Shown here piece by piece: positions 13,300-27,169 of a stretch of DNA of 64,000 nucleotides. The position numbers and the translations under genes were made by a program. Source of the DNA: Mobula hypostoma. Its lineage: Eukaryota. The DNA lies in contig NC_086097.1 in NCBI RefSeq assembly GCF_963921235.1, positions 12,090,001 through 12,154,000 on the forward strand, read 5' to 3'. A model generated the notes under the pieces. The model searched no databases. It worked only from the letters and a program-made list of their open reading frames with translations, and was not told the DNA's origin. The stretch's first letter is position 1; every line of letters begins with the position of its first letter.

Positions 13300-15755
13300 T
13301 TGAATGAGATCATAGCTGGTTAAAAGAGATCATAGCTGGGAGCCTAATGTCCAAAGATCCACATTGTATCAAAAGGACAGGCAGGAAGGCAGAGGGGGTG
13401 GCATTGCTCTGTTGGTAAAAGCTGAAATCTAATTATTAGAAAGAGGTGGCATAGGGTTGAAAGGTGTTGAATCAGTGTGGATAGAGTGAAGGAACTACAA
13501 GGGTCAGAAGATCCTGATGGGCATTGGATACAGTTCCCCAAACTGTCGTAAGGGTGTGTCCTACAAATTACAACAGAAGATAGAAAATGCATGCCAAGAG
13601 GGCAATGTCACAATAGTCATGGAGGATTCAATATACAGGTGGATTGAGAATTCAGGTTGGTGCTGGATCACAGGAGGGGAAATTTCTAGAATGCCTGTCA
13701 GATGGCTTTTTAGAGCAGCTCAACATTGAGCCCTTTAGGAGACAGCTAATCTGGATTGGGTATTGTGCAATGATTAGAGACCATAAGGTAGAATAACATT
13801 TAGGGACAAGGGATCAGAATACGATCAAATTCACCTTGAAATTTAAGAATGAAAAGCTAAAGTCAGATGTGGAGTAAAGGTATTTACTTTACAATGGAGT
13901 AAAGGGATTAGAGAAACATGAGAGAGGAGTTGGACATAATTGATTGGAAAAGAACACTTGTAGGGATGATGCCAGAGTTGCAATGATTGGAATTTTAGGA
14001 AGTAATTTGGAAGGCATAGGATATATACATTCTAAAGTTGAAGAAGTATTCTAAAGGAAAGATGACACAACCATGGCTAACAAGAGAAGTCGAAGCCAAC
14101 ATAAAAGCCAAAAAGAGTGCATAAAATAGAGAAAAAAAAATAGAGGAAAGTTAGAGGATTGGGAAGCTTAAAAAAAAGGCAACCAATAAATTCATTAAGA
14201 AGGTAAAGATAGAGTATAAAGGTAAGCTAGCCAATAATATTAAAGAGGATAGCAAAAGTCTCTTCAGACACATAAAGTGTAAAAGAGAGGCGGAAGCGTT
14301 TATTGGATCACTGGAAAATGATACTGCAGAGGTAGTATTGGGGGAAAATGAAATAGCGGATGAACTGAATAAGTATTTTGCATCAGTCTTCACTGTAGAA
14401 GACACTAGCAGTATGGTGGAAATTCCATGTGTCAGGGGACATGAAGTGAGTGAAGTTACCGTAACTAGAGAGAAGGTTCTTGGGAAAATGAAAGGTCTGA
14501 AGGTGGATAACTTACCTGGACCAGATGGTGTACAGTCCAAAGTTCTGAAAGAGGTGGCTGAAGAGGTTGTGGTGCATTAGCAATGATCTTTCAAGAATCA
14601 CTAGATTCTGCAATAGTTCCGGAAGACTGGAAAATTGCTGATGTCACGCCACTCTTCAAGAAGGGAGAGAAGCAGAAGAAAGGAAACTATAGGCCAGCTA
14701 GTCTGACCTCAGTGTTTGGGAAGATTTGGAGTCGATTATTAAGGATGAGGTCTCAGGGAACTTGGAGGCACATGATAAAATAGGTCGTAGTCAGCATGGT
14801 TTCCTCAAGAGAAGATTTTGCCTGAAAAATATGTTGGAATTCTTTGAAGAATAACAAGCAGGATTGACTAAGGAGAATCAGTTGATGTTGTGTATTTGGG
14901 TTTTCAGAAGGCCTTTGACAAAATGCCACACATGAAGCTGCTTAACAAGCTACGAGCCGATGGAATTACAGGAAAGAATCTAACATGGATAACGCAGTGG
15001 TTGTTTGGCAGGAGGCAAAGATTGGGAATAAAGGGAGCCTTTTCTGATTGGCTGCTGGTGACTAGTAGTATTCCATGGGGGTTTGTATAGGGACCGATTC
15101 TTTTTACATTATATACGTCCATGATTTGAAAGAGAGAATTGATGGCTTTGTTGCAAAGTTTGCAGATGATACGAAGATAGGTGAAGGTAGTTTTGAGGAA
15201 GCAGAGAGGCTACATGAGGACTTACACAGATTAGGAGAATAAGCAAACAAATGGCAGATGGGAAGTGTTTGGGAAGTGTATCATCATGCACTTTAGTAGA
15301 AGAAATGAAAGGGTTAATTATTTTCTAAATGAAGAGAAAATATAAAAAACGGAGACGCAAAGGGACTTCTAAGTCCTTGTGCAGAATTTGCTAAAGGTTA
15401 ATTTTCAGGTTGAGTCTGTGGTGAGGAAGTCAAATACAATGTTTGCACTCATTTCAAGAGGACTAGAATATAAAAGCAAGGATATAATGTTTAAATATAG
15501 CACTGGTAAGGCCTCTTTTGGAATATTGTGAGCAGGTTTAGGCACTTTATCTTAGAAAGGATGTACTGATACTGGGGATGGTTCAAAGGAGGTTCATGAA
15601 AATGATCCAGGATTGAATGGCTTTTTGTATGAAGAGCATTTGATGGCTCTGGGCCTGTATTTACGAGTGTTCAGAAGAATGAGATGTGACCTAATTGAAA
15701 CCTATCGAATAGTGAAAGGCCTTGATAGAGAGGACGTGGAGAAGATGTTTCCTAC
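13300..15755 (+). mobile_element. CR1 ORF2 (endonuclease to RT C-terminus), decayed
   Basis: NKYFASVFT, PGPDG, VPEDWKIADVTPLFKKG, YLGFQKAFDK, FADD-encoding tttgcagatgat, RRMRCDLIETY. Confidence 0.92.
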
Positions 15756-16399
15756 TGTTTTTTTATTAAGTGCAATCGTGAACAATAGCCAGATCAGAAA
15801 TGCTGATCAAGTCAACTAGTTCTCAAATAGAACTCTGATAGGCAAATCAGATGGTTCACTGCTGCTCAGTGATAGAACATAAAAAAAATCATGTCTACAA
15901 TTAAGAAATATTAAAGAATAGTAGAAATACTGGAGTCATGATGATCATAATGAGGTCTGCTGGAGAGAGACATTTATACGCATGCTGTCCTCCATAATTC
16001 AAAGAGATTGAAGGATAAGGTTGCAGGGTGACAAAACGTGGCAGGAGCACTTGAAACTAAAAAACTAATCCCTACCAGGAGAAAATAGCACCTGTTCTTT
16101 CCACACTGTTCTCCAGCAGTTTAAGGACTAAGTCCAGCAGGAACATAACTCACAAGTGCTCTTGAAAGTCAGGTGAAGAAGACATCTTCTCCACGTCCTC
16201 TCTCTCAAGGCCTTTCACTATTCGATAGGTTTCAATTAGGTCACATCTCATTCTTCTTATGAAGAAGCATATGACTTCCCTCCCAGAGATGATAGGTGTT
16301 TGTGCACTGGACTCTTGAAGGCTTGGACCCCATCATCATAGATGTTTCCAACCACAGCATCTGGAAGGCTGTTCCAAATTCTGGTAGCACAGAGGAGAG

Positions 16400-16715
16400 T
16401 TAAGATGAGAGGAGAGTTTAAGACCTGAGGACACAGCCTCAGAATAGAGGGGCATCCTTCTAGAACTGAGATGAGGAGGAATTTCTTTGGCCAGAGAATG
16501 GTGAATCTGTGGAATTCTTTGCCACAGGCAGCTGTGGAGGCCAAGTTTTTATGTATATTTAAGGCAGAGGTTGATAGATTCTTGATTGGTCAGGGCATGA
16601 AGGGGTAGGGGGAAAAGGCAGGAAATTGGGACCGTGAGGATCAGCCATGATGAAATTGCGGAGCAGACTCGATGAGCCACTGGCCTAATTCTGCTCCTGT
16701 GTCTTATGGTCTTAT
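16400..16715 (+). mobile_element. CR1 3' end
   Basis: gagatgaggaggaatttcttt..gtgaatctgtggaattc..ggcctaattctgctcct..tcttatggtctta tail. Confidence 0.85.
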
Positions 16716-17044
16716 TTTCCTTTCAGCCAAAGTTAGCAATTAATTGTGGTTTCTATTTGCTACATGGTTATAACTGAACCATTCTGATGAACAGACAACT
16801 TCAGTAACATCATAAACAGCTATTTTTCCCTCACTACGAGTTTGGTTGTACTGCCATTTCTAATATGTTGTTAATGTTCTTGACACGACAGCAGAAACTA
16901 GGTGGATGGTAACTTCACCCACACTGGTTCATGGTTCCCTCTGGTGGCCTAATGATTAACGGCAATGTTTGGTGTTCCTCCAAGACAATGTCATGTGGAG
17001 CAAATGGGTTCTAGATTTCATAAAGACAGCCTGGAGCATTGCAT

Positions 17045-17680
17045 AAATACAAGAGGTTTTGCTGATGCTGGAATCCAGTGTGAAAAACATAAAATGCTGG
17101 AGGAGCTCAGCAGGTAGGCAGCATCTATAGAGAGGATTAAAGAGTCAACATTTTGGGCCAAGACCCTTTTTCAGGACTGGAAAAGAAAGGGAAAGAAGCC
17201 AAACCAAAAAGGTTGGGCGGGGGGGGGGGGTGTGCAAAGAAGTACAAGCTGGAAGGTGCTAGGTTAAGCCAGGTGAGGGGGATGATAGGTGGATGGGAGA
17301 GGGGTGGATGTAGTAAGAAGCTAGGAGGTGGAAAAGGTAAAGAAGGAATCTGATGGGAGTAGAGAGTGCACAGTGGGGAAAGGAAGAGAGGCACCAGAAG
17401 GAAATGATAGGCAGTGGGGAGAAGAGAAGGGGTAAGAGGTAAGATGGAAAAGAGAATTGAAGGTGGGGGGGATAAATGATCAGAAGTTCGCGAAATTGAT
17501 ATTTATGCCATCAGGTTGGAGGCTATCAAATGGAATATGAGGTCCTAAGAGTGGCCTCATTGTGGCAGTAGAGGATGCTATGGACTGGCATGTCAGAGTG
17601 GGAATGGGGATTGAAATTAAAATGGTTGGTCACCGGGAATTCCTACTTGTTGTGGACAGTGTGAAGGTGCTCAACAAAGT
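17045..17680 (-). mobile_element. Penelope-like element 3' remnant: GIY-YIG endonuclease C-terminus plus terminal repeat with a degenerate hammerhead core
   Basis: Minus strand reads, across frameshifts, FVEHLHTV..PVTNHFN..HSHSDM..ILYCHNEATLR..LIFHL/SLQPDGININFANF*; then a pyrimidine-rich UTR and ccagtcctgaaaaagggtcttggcccaaaatgttgac. Confidence 0.8.
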
Positions 17681-17903
17681 ACACTTTGATTAGGTTTTCA
17701 AGGAGGGTCTGGAAGTTATCCTGGATCCTGCTCTGAATCATTATCCACTGACTCATTTTCAAGGTGTACACACATGGTTGTGTGAAATATCAATACTGGA
17801 GTAGGCCATTCTGCCCGTTAGTCCTGCTCCACCAAGGAATCACATAATTTGGAAGACGTGTAGCTTGGGTGGTTGATGGTTGGGTTGAGTTGTTCTCCAA
17901 TGT

Positions 17904-18014
17904 TGACAATTTACTGACAAACATTTCATCACCATGCAAGGGGACATCACCTGTGTGCTGTTAATTGATGATGTCTCCTCGCAGGGTGACGAAATGTTTG
18001 TAAGTAAATTGCCA
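17904..18014. repeat. imperfect palindrome (~45-bp arms), probably Penelope-derived
   Basis: tgacaatttactgacaaacatttcatcacc...ggtgacgaaatgtttgtaagtaaattgcca. Confidence 0.75.
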
Positions 18015-18029
18015 AAATCAGACAGCATC

Positions 18030-20710
18030 GCTTCTTTCTTTATTAATCTTTTTATTGATTTAAAAAAAAACATAGATACAATCAAATACAATCAAGAGGA
18101 GAATTTGTTCAAATATATATATCAGTAATCAAGATTAAAATAGACACTGTCTATTTTAATTAAAATATAATTAAAAAAAGAAAATAACAATTCTCCTCTT
18201 ACCAGTTAAAAAGAGAAAGGAAAAAAAAACACTGGGTTTTAAATAGAGAGAGAAAAAACCACTACACTATATATAAAAAAAACAGAACAAACAAAACAAA
18301 AAAAAAGGGACTGGGCAGTCCATTTTGAGGATACAACCAAAAAAAGAGGAGAGAAAAACTTTCTGATCAAATCTAAAACCTCGAAAAAAAAACTTGAAAG
18401 AGTAATCAATCAAATTAAATGAAAATATTGGATAAAAGGTCGCTATATTTGTTCAAATTTAAAGGATGTATCAAATGTCCAACTTCTTATTTTCTCTAAA
18501 CTTAAAGAGAACATGATGGAGGAGAGCAAAAAAAAGACCATAGGTGGATTAGAATCCTTCCACTTCAATAAAATGGCTCTCCTAGCCAGTAAGGTTGAAA
18601 AGGCTATCATAAATTGAGCGGGAACAGGAATATTTCCTGCTTCCGATGGGATAATCCCAAAAATTGCCGTAAGCAAGTGAGGTTGTTGATCCAGATCCAA
18701 AACTCTTGACAGTGTTTTAAAAACATCTCTCCCAAAGTTACCTAGCTTTATACAAGACCAATACATATGAGTTAAAGTGGCCAACTCAGTATTACATCTG
18801 TCAAGATTAATATTGGAGAAAATACGCGCTAGTTTATCCTTTGACATATGGGCCTGATGCACTACCTTGAACTGTATCAAGGAATGACGGGCACAAATAT
18901 ATGAGTTGTTAACCAAATAAAAAATTTTACTCCATTGATTATCGGAAAATGACTCTTGAAGTTCCAATTCTCAAGCGCGTTTAATTTTATTGTTAGATAT
19001 CATTCGTAAACTCAATAACCGTTTATAGATTATAGCTATCAACCCTTTTTGAAATGGTTTAAACTGAAAGAGAACATCTATCATATTAGGTGGAAAAGCA
19101 GAAGGGTAATTTGGTAACAAACCACGTAAAAAGTTCGTAATTTGCAAATATCTAAAGAAATGTACATTAGATAAATCATATTTATCCGCTAACTGAGAAA
19201 AAGACATTAAACAGTCCCTTAAAAACAAATCTGAAAAAGTTATTATTCCCTTGGTTTTCCAAATTAAAATGCGTTATCCAAAATTGATGGTTTAAAAAAA
19301 TAATTAAGATATTACTAGAAAGAATGAAATTATTAAACTCAAAAAATCTACAAAACTGGAACCAAATTCTTAATGTATGTTTAATAACGGGATTAAATTC
19401 TTGTCTGCTAATCTTAGAAAACAAAAAGGGAAGAGGAACTCTCAGTAAAGAGGCCAAAGAGAAACCTTTCACCGAGTTTACCTCTAGATCCAACCATGAA
19501 GGACATTCATGTGTATCTGAATAGTGAATCCAAAAAGTAATGTATCGAATAGTGATTGCACGATAGTACATTCAAAATTAGGCAAAGCCATACCACCATC
19601 CTTTTTTAATTTCTGCAATAAGGGTTTACTCAATCTAGGATTTTTATTGTTGCAAATATAAGATGAAATTATAAAATATAACCTGTCAAAGAACTTCATA
19701 GGAACAAAAGAGGGAACTGCCTGAAATATATATAAAAATTTCAGTACAATTATCATTTTAATAGCATTAATTTGACCTACTAATGATAATGTCATAGGAG
19801 ACCATTTAGAGAGCATTTGTTAGATGTAGCCATCTAATGAAAAAAAATTATATGTATATAGATCCTTAAAAGTTTTAGTAATTTTAATACCAAGATAGGT
19901 AAAGTAATTTTTCGCAATAGTAAAATGTACTTGCTGATTTGGATCCGAGTAATTATTAATAGGAAATACTCACTTTTATGTAAATTTAATTTATATCCAG
20001 AAAAACTACTAAATTCAGAAAGTTTAGATAACATAGAAGGAATAGATTTCTTAGGATCTGAAATATAAACTAACAGGTCATCTGCATATAACGAAACCTT
20101 GTGTACTTTGTCCCCTCTCTTAATACCCTGAACAGTGTTAGAATCTCTAAGAGCAATAGCAAGGGGTTCTAAGACCAAATTAAGTAATAAAGGGCTAAGA
20201 GGGCATCCCAGTCAAGCACCCCTATGTAATCTAAAATAGGGAGATTTTTGATTGTTAGTTATAACAGCAGCCATGGGAGCATGATAGATCAGTTTGATCC
20301 AGGAAATAAATCCCGGGCCAAGATTAAATCTTTCCAAAACCTCCAATAAGTAAGACCACTCCACCCTATCAAAAGCCTTCTCTGTGTCAAGAGAAACAAC
20401 ACATTCAGATTCTTTAGATGGTGAAGAGTGAATAATATTTAATAATCTTTGAATATTAAAATGTGAATATCTGTTTTTAATAAATCCAGTTTGATCATTG
20501 GAAATAACAGTAGGTAAAATATTCTCAAGTCTATTAGCCAAAATCTTAGAGAGAATTTTAAAATCCACATTCAATAGAGAAATTGGTCTATAAGAGGCGC
20601 ACTCAGATAAAACTTTATCTTTTTTCAGAATTAAAGATATTGAAGCTTCATAGAAAGTTTTTGGGAGAGTCCCAGAGGATATAGAGTCAGTGAAAATTGA
20701 CATAAATAAG
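18030..20710 (-). mobile_element. 5'-truncated L1-clade LINE (fish-type L1), RT to 3' UTR, frameshifted
   Basis: YRPISLLNVDFKILSK, DQTGFIKNR, SLDTEKAFDRVEW, SLYADDLL, SGYKLN, GGMALPN, HMYWSC; 9-bp TSD gacagcatc at 18021-18029 and 20711-20719. Confidence 0.95.
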
Positions 20711-21427
20711 GACAGCATCTCCACCCAGCCATCACAATGTTGCTGATCTGTACCTCAACTCTATTTTATCTTTTATTTTGAAATACAATATGGAACAGAC
20801 CCTTCTAGCCCAACAAGATGCACCACCAGCAACATACCTAATGATCAATTAACCTACTAATTGTATTTTCCTTTGTTTACACCAGAATGAACTCCAGTAG
20901 TTATGGTTTGATCTGACCCAGGCAGATTGGGCTGTACCAGAGAAAAACATAAAGTGACTACAGAGGGAGATAACAAAGTTAATGTTGTTCAGGACTTTGT
21001 AACTCAAGTGTTGGATGCAATATTGAGTTGACCCTCTTTAAAGAATTATATCATGCAACATAGTAGTCTCTATATATAATGGTTGGAAATGGGGCCAGTG
21101 GGGATGAGTACCTGATAACAGGCATGGACATGGTAGACCAAACATGACTCTATGAGTGTGCAAAGAAACAATACTGAGGTTAGATGCAGACAAAATGCTG
21201 GAAGAAAATCTACCAATCCTCCATCAGGACTGAAAAAGGTCTCAGTCTGGTACATTGATTGATCATTTCCTTCCATAGATGCTGCTTGATCTGCTGAGTT
21301 CCTTCAGCATTTGTGTGTGTTGATCCAGAATTCCAGCATCTGCAGTCTCCAGGTTTAGGATAGAATTTTCCAGGAGGATTTATTTATTTGTTTGTTTGTT
21401 TGTTTATTTATCTATCTATCTATTTGA

Positions 21428-21750
21428 CTTGAATTGAATTGACTTTATTACTTACATCCTTCACACACTGTACATGAGTAAAAATCTTTACATTACGTTT
21501 CCATCAAAATGTGCAATGTGCAATTTATAATAATTTATAATAAATATTATGTACAACAGGATAGTCAGTATAACATAGAAATACAGTTGCATCAGCATGA
21601 ATTAAGCAGTCTGATGGCCTAGTGGAAGCAGCTGTCCCGGAGCCTGTTGGTCCTGGCTTTTATGCTGCGGTACTGTTTCCAGGACAGTAGCAGCTGGAAC
21701 AGTTTGTGGTCTGAGTGACTCAGGTCTCCAGTGATCCTTTGGGCCCTTTA
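21428..21750 (-). mobile_element. Rex1/Babar-type LINE 3' end, same family as 51862-53089
   Basis: (ttgaa)n tail and 3' UTR match the 52840-53089 end in reverse. Confidence 0.8.
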
Positions 21751-23252
21751 GGTTCTGGAATCAGTTCACTGTTGAGATGAGTGAAGTTATCTCCATTGGT
21801 TCTGGAGTCTGATCGTTGAAGGGCAATTGTTTCTAAACCTGGAGGTGTGGAATCTAAGGCTCCTCTACTTCTTTTCTAATGGCAGCAGCACGAAGAGAGC
21901 ATAGTCTAAATTTTGCAAAGAACCCCACACTTCAGCAAAGAGCTGCCCGTCAGGTTTTCTCTGTAACAGCCATTGCTGCCATTGGAGATGAGGAGGAAAT
22001 TAGAGGGAAAAAGCTCGGGTACTGACTCTCATAAACTTTCTGACATTTTATCTCTTGCAGACATGCTCACTGGCTGATTGTATTTCTAATTAAGACGGAA
22101 CTCTTACAAAGGCTGAAAGGAATGTGACATGGGAACTTAATATTAATTAAGCTTAGGTTCTCGTCAGATTTTCAACTTCTGTCCTTGATTTTCTCATGCC
22201 TTGTGAATCAGAGGAACAGTAATTACTCACTTACAAGGAAAGTGAACTCGACTCTTCTATCTGAAGTAGGACCTAATCATTCGTCTGACAGTAGCGGTGA
22301 GTCCGATCAAAACATACATCTGCTCTGCAAGTACAGAGGGAGAAAGGAAGCGAAGGGGAGGGGGAGGGAGAGGTTGGAAAAGAAGAAAAATTCATCCATT
22401 TCTCTTAACTCATTCACTGCAACAACTTTACAATGAAAACAGTGAATCTCTTCCTCGATTATTCAGCCAACCAACCTCCTTTAGCAGAACAGTTGTTTTT
22501 AAATATGCACAATGCTAAAAGAATGCCGTGCATCAGTGCAAATATTCATTTAGGCCTTGGGCTGAAGGGGAAAACATTCCTACAAGGATAAACCATGGAC
22601 GTGTGATCAACGTCAAGATACAGACCAAAAACATGACCTCGAATTAGCACATTTTTCAACATGAGATTTACTGTGGCTACAACAATTAGCGTGCAGCAAA
22701 AAATGTGCAAAATACGGTTTTGAAGCACTAATAAAACCATAAAATACTGGACATATACTGAGAATGCCAGAAAATAATAGCTTGGTCATAACTTTAAATA
22801 AAAGAATCATCTTTCTTAATGGTGTGGATGCTGGAGAGGACTTTATTTATTATTTATAAGTATTGTTTGTTTATTTATTTATTTATTTTTATTTATTTGC
22901 ACAGCTTGTCTTCATTTTCATATTAATGTTTCTCGTCAGTCTTTGTGTAGTTTTTCTATTGATTTTATTGTATTTTTATGTTCTACTGTGAATGCCTGCA
23001 AGAAAGTGAATCACAGGGCATTAGATGGTGACATATAAGTACTTTGATACGTACTTTGTTTCAATTTTTGACTTCCATTGTTAACTCTTTAGAAGCATTA
23101 GCATTAGCAATAGAGTGTAAGTAGTTCTGAAAGTTAAAACTGACCCTTCAGTCTTCAGTCTTCTCCTCTCTCCCGCACCATGTTCTCTGTTGAAAGCTAA
23201 CTTGTTTTCTCTCTTACCAAGTTTTGACAAAAGGTCTTTCAGATAAGGCTAT

Positions 23253-24870
23253 AAGACCATAAGACATAGGAGCAGAATCAGGCCATTCAGCCCATTGAGG
23301 CCACTCGCCATTTCATCATGGCTGATGCCAGATCCCATTCAACCCCATACACCTACTCTCTCACCATATCCCTTGATGCCCCAACCAATCAGGAATCTAT
23401 CAATTTCTGCTTTAAATATAGTCATAGTCATAGTCATACTTTATTGATCCCGAGGGAAATTGGTTTTCATTACAGTTGCACCTTAAATAATTAAATAGTG
23501 ATAAAACCATAAATAATTAAATAGTAATATGTAAATTATGCCAGGAAATAAGTCCAAGACCAGCCTATTGGCTCAGGGTGTCTGACCCTCCAAGGGAGGA
23601 GTGGTAAAGTTTGATGGTCACAGGCGGGAATGCCTTCCTATGACGCTCTGTGTTGCATCTCGGTGGAATGAGTCTCTGGCTGAATGTACTCCTGTGCCCA
23701 ACCAGTCCATTATGTAGTGGATGGGAGACATTGTCCAAGATGGCATGCAACTTCGACAGCATCCTCTTTTCAGACACCACCGTGAGAGAGTCCAGTTCCA
23801 TCCCCACAACATCACTGGCCTTACGAATGAGTTTGTTGATTCTGTTGGTGTCTGCCACCCTCAGCCTGCTGCCCCAGCACACAACAGCAAACATGATAGC
23901 ACTGGCCACTACAGACTCGTAGAACATCCTCAGCATCGTCCGGTAGATGTTAAAGGACCTCAGTCTCCTCAGGAAATAGAGATGGCTCTGACCTCCACAG
24001 ACTTGGCCTCCACTACAGTTTTTTGGCAGACTATTCCGCAGATTAAGCACTCTTTGGCTAAAAAAATTCTTCCTTAATTCTGTTCTATAACAGAACCCCC
24101 ATGATACCCCCACCAGAGGAAACATCCTGTCCGCAGTCACCTTATCTAGTCTCTCCAACATTCGGTGGGTTTCAATGTGATCTCCAAATATTCTTCTAAG
24201 TTCCGGTGAGTACAGGCCCAAAAGCTGCAAACGCTCCTCATATTTTAACCCCTTCATTCTCGGAATCATCCCCTGGACTCTCTCCAATGTCAGTACATCT
24301 TTTCTGAGATAAAGGGCCCAAAACTGTTGACAATACTCCAAGTGCAGCCTGACCAGTGTCTTGTAAAGCCTCAGCATTATCTACTTGTTTTTATATTTTA
24401 TACCCCTTGAAATAAATGCCAACATTGCATTTGCCATCTTTACCACAGACTCAACCCGTAAATTAACCTTCTGGAAGTCTTGCACGAGGACTCCTAAATC
24501 TCTTTGCACCTCTGATATTTGAATTTTCTCCCCGTTTAAATAATAGTCTGCACTATTGTTCCTTTTACCAAAATGCATTATCATATATTTCCCATCACTG
24601 TATCCATCTGCCACTTGTTTGCCCATTCTTTCAATTTGTCTAAGTCCAGCTGCAATCACATTGCTTCCTCAGTGCTAAATACCCCTCCATCTAGCTTCAT
24701 ATCATCCGCAAACTTTGCCACAAAGCCATCAATTCCACTATCTAAATCACTGACAACTGACGTGAAAAATAATGGTCCCAATACTGACCCTTGAGGAACA
24801 CAACTAGTCACTGGCAGCCAACCAGAAAAGGCCCCCTTTTATTCCCAGTCGCTGCATCCTGCCTGTCAGC
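23253..24870 (-). mobile_element. CR1 3' half interrupted by a Rex1 fragment
   Basis: QRDLGVLVQD, LYKTLVRLHLEYC, KFADD-encoding tcatccgcaaacttt; tail ataagaccataagac at ~23251. Confidence 0.9.
23421..23988 (-). mobile_element. Rex1/Babar LINE 3' fragment nested in CR1
   Basis: QSHLYFLRRLRSF..FYESVVASAIMFAVVCW..LDNVSHPLH..PRCNTERHRKAF; (gactat)n tail; open frame suggests a young insertion. Confidence 0.9.
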
Positions 24871-25727
24871 CATTCCTCTCTCTACTGCTCTTTCTAGACT
24901 CGTCATCTGCAACCTATTTAACCCCAGTTCTCATCCACGGTTCTTGTTTATTTATCATACCAACCGGCCTCAAACCAGTAGCTCCTAGTTTTCCCTCTCC
25001 CTGCCTTGTTGTATGTTGTGCTTAGCCTCTGTTCTCTTGTGTTTTGTGGCCCCTCCTGGCTTGTTATTTTGTGGTCTATTATTAAAGATATCATTTGCTG
25101 CTGCATCATCTCTACTGCTCTGGTTTTGGCCTCCTCTGTATTTCCTAATGTTTCTCTTTTCACAGACATGCTGTGTTTTTTCTAGAAATTTTATTATTTT
25201 ATTTCAGATTTTCGGCACCTACATTTGTCTTTTTGATTTTCAACCTTCAATATCATTTTATTTCCAACAGTCTCTGATTCTGCGTATTTCTCACCTGTAT
25301 AATTCTTTTTATGTTGGCTGTTACAAAGTAGAAAAAAATGTTTGCATAAGTTAATGCTGCATCCGGTTTCTAGTTTTTGCACTTGACTGATACGTGTTTA
25401 CTTCATTCTGCCAAATATAATGAGATTGTTTTTTAATTGCATAGTTTGCATATTTTAAGAAAATTAAACTTTGATCTAAGCCATGATAGGTGTTGATGGA
25501 GTAAATAGGGAAGAACTGTTTCCAGTGTCAGGGGGAAAACACTAGAATACACAAATTTCAAAATTGTTTAAGATTCAAGTAATTGCTTAAAAAATTATTC
25601 ATCTTTAATCAGGTTTAATATCATAGGCATATACATGTAATTTACTATTTTATGGCTACAGTACATTGCAATACATAGTAATAAAATTTCCCAATTACAA
25701 TGAGAAATATATATAACAAATTAAATT

Positions 25728-26343
25728 CATGCACAATTCTGATTTGATGGAGACGGACGTGAGAGTACGGAGGAACATCTGGAAAACTTCTGAAATGCCC
25801 ACTTCACTGCCGCTGCTACTGTGTGGTAACCGGAATCTCCGGAGCAGTAGGCCCCGAAATCCTCGGCTTTGCGTGTTTCAGCGGCCGGGGCTAGGTTGAA
25901 GGCGCTCGGCAGAGGATGGCGCTCGGGAGGCTGTATCGGAGGGGCTGGACGGAGGCTCGAAGTTTTCGGACGGATGGACTCAGTGTCGGCTGTGGTCGGC
26001 TGCTTCCAAGGCATCGACAAGTTGACGGTGCCTGGAGGTTTATGGCAGGGAGTTTCTCCCTTTTGCCACCTGCTATCGGGGACTCGGGAGTCAATCGACT
26101 TGGGGACTTTGAGACTTCATTTACCGTGCCCATGGTTTGTTCTTCATCAAATTATGGTATTGTTTTGCACTACTGTATCTATATGTTATAATTACAAACG
26201 TTTGTATGTGGTTCTGTCAGTGTTAGTCTTTGGTTTGTCCTGTTTTCTGTGATATCACCCCGGAGAAACATTGTATCATTTCTTAATGCATGTATGCATT
26301 TCTAAATGACAATAAACGAGGACTGAGTGTTCTCATAATCTAA
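25728..26343 (+). mobile_element. CpG-rich retroposon copy B (5'-truncated), nested in a Rex-type LINE tail
   Basis: Homology to copy A; flanking direct repeat aaattaaat. Confidence 0.85.
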
Positions 26344-27169
26344 AAAAAATTAAATAAGTAGTGCAAAAAGAGAGAAAAATATTGAGGTAGTGTTCATGGG
26401 TCCATTGTCCATTTAGAACTCTGATGGCAGAGGGAAGAAGCTGTTCCTAAAAGAACTGCGTGTGTGCCTTCCGGCTCTTGTATTTCCTCCTAGGTGGTAG
26501 TAATGAGAAGAGGGCAGGTTCTGGGTGTTGGGGGTCCTTTATGATTGATGCAGCCTTTTTGAGGCATCTCCATTTGAAGGTGCCCTTGATGCTGGGGAGG
26601 TAAATATGATTTCTTTTACCTGCAACAAGTTGCTCTGATCTTGTATTCATTGAAGGGACAATGATCATTTCCAGTAAAACAATCCCAGGACATTGCTTCC
26701 TCTCCTGATTTGTGGGCTCTGTACCGGGCCGATGCAGGAACTGCAGTGCAGAATTCAGGTTGGCCACTATTATCCATGTGGATCTTAACAATTGAGGTAT
26801 GGAATTTATAACCTTAGAATGGGAATGTTTGTGCATAGTTTCCTTTAAAATTTCAAAAGTTCGAAGGTTCAAAGTTTAATTCATTATCAAAATATGCAAC
26901 TCTGAAATTCTTCTTCTCCAGATAGCCATGAAACCAAGAAAGAAAAGAATGGCATCACAATCATCAACCCCAAATCCCTCCTCCACACACAAAAAGTGAA
27001 CAAAAATGGAACAGGCACATCAACCTCCTCTCAAATCCTTTCCCACACACAAAAAAAGAGGGAAAGATTGGGTGAAAGGAACAGGATATTAAAAAAACAT
27101 AAGTCTGAGTCCAAGTCCATATCCAAAATGCAGAAAACCTGGGTAACGTTCTCCGAGCAAGTGGCAGGT

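Noticed and set aside
23565..24377. 270-aa ORF as a novel gene
   Set aside because: Chance in-frame fusion of a CR1 RT C-terminus with a nested Rex1 fragment
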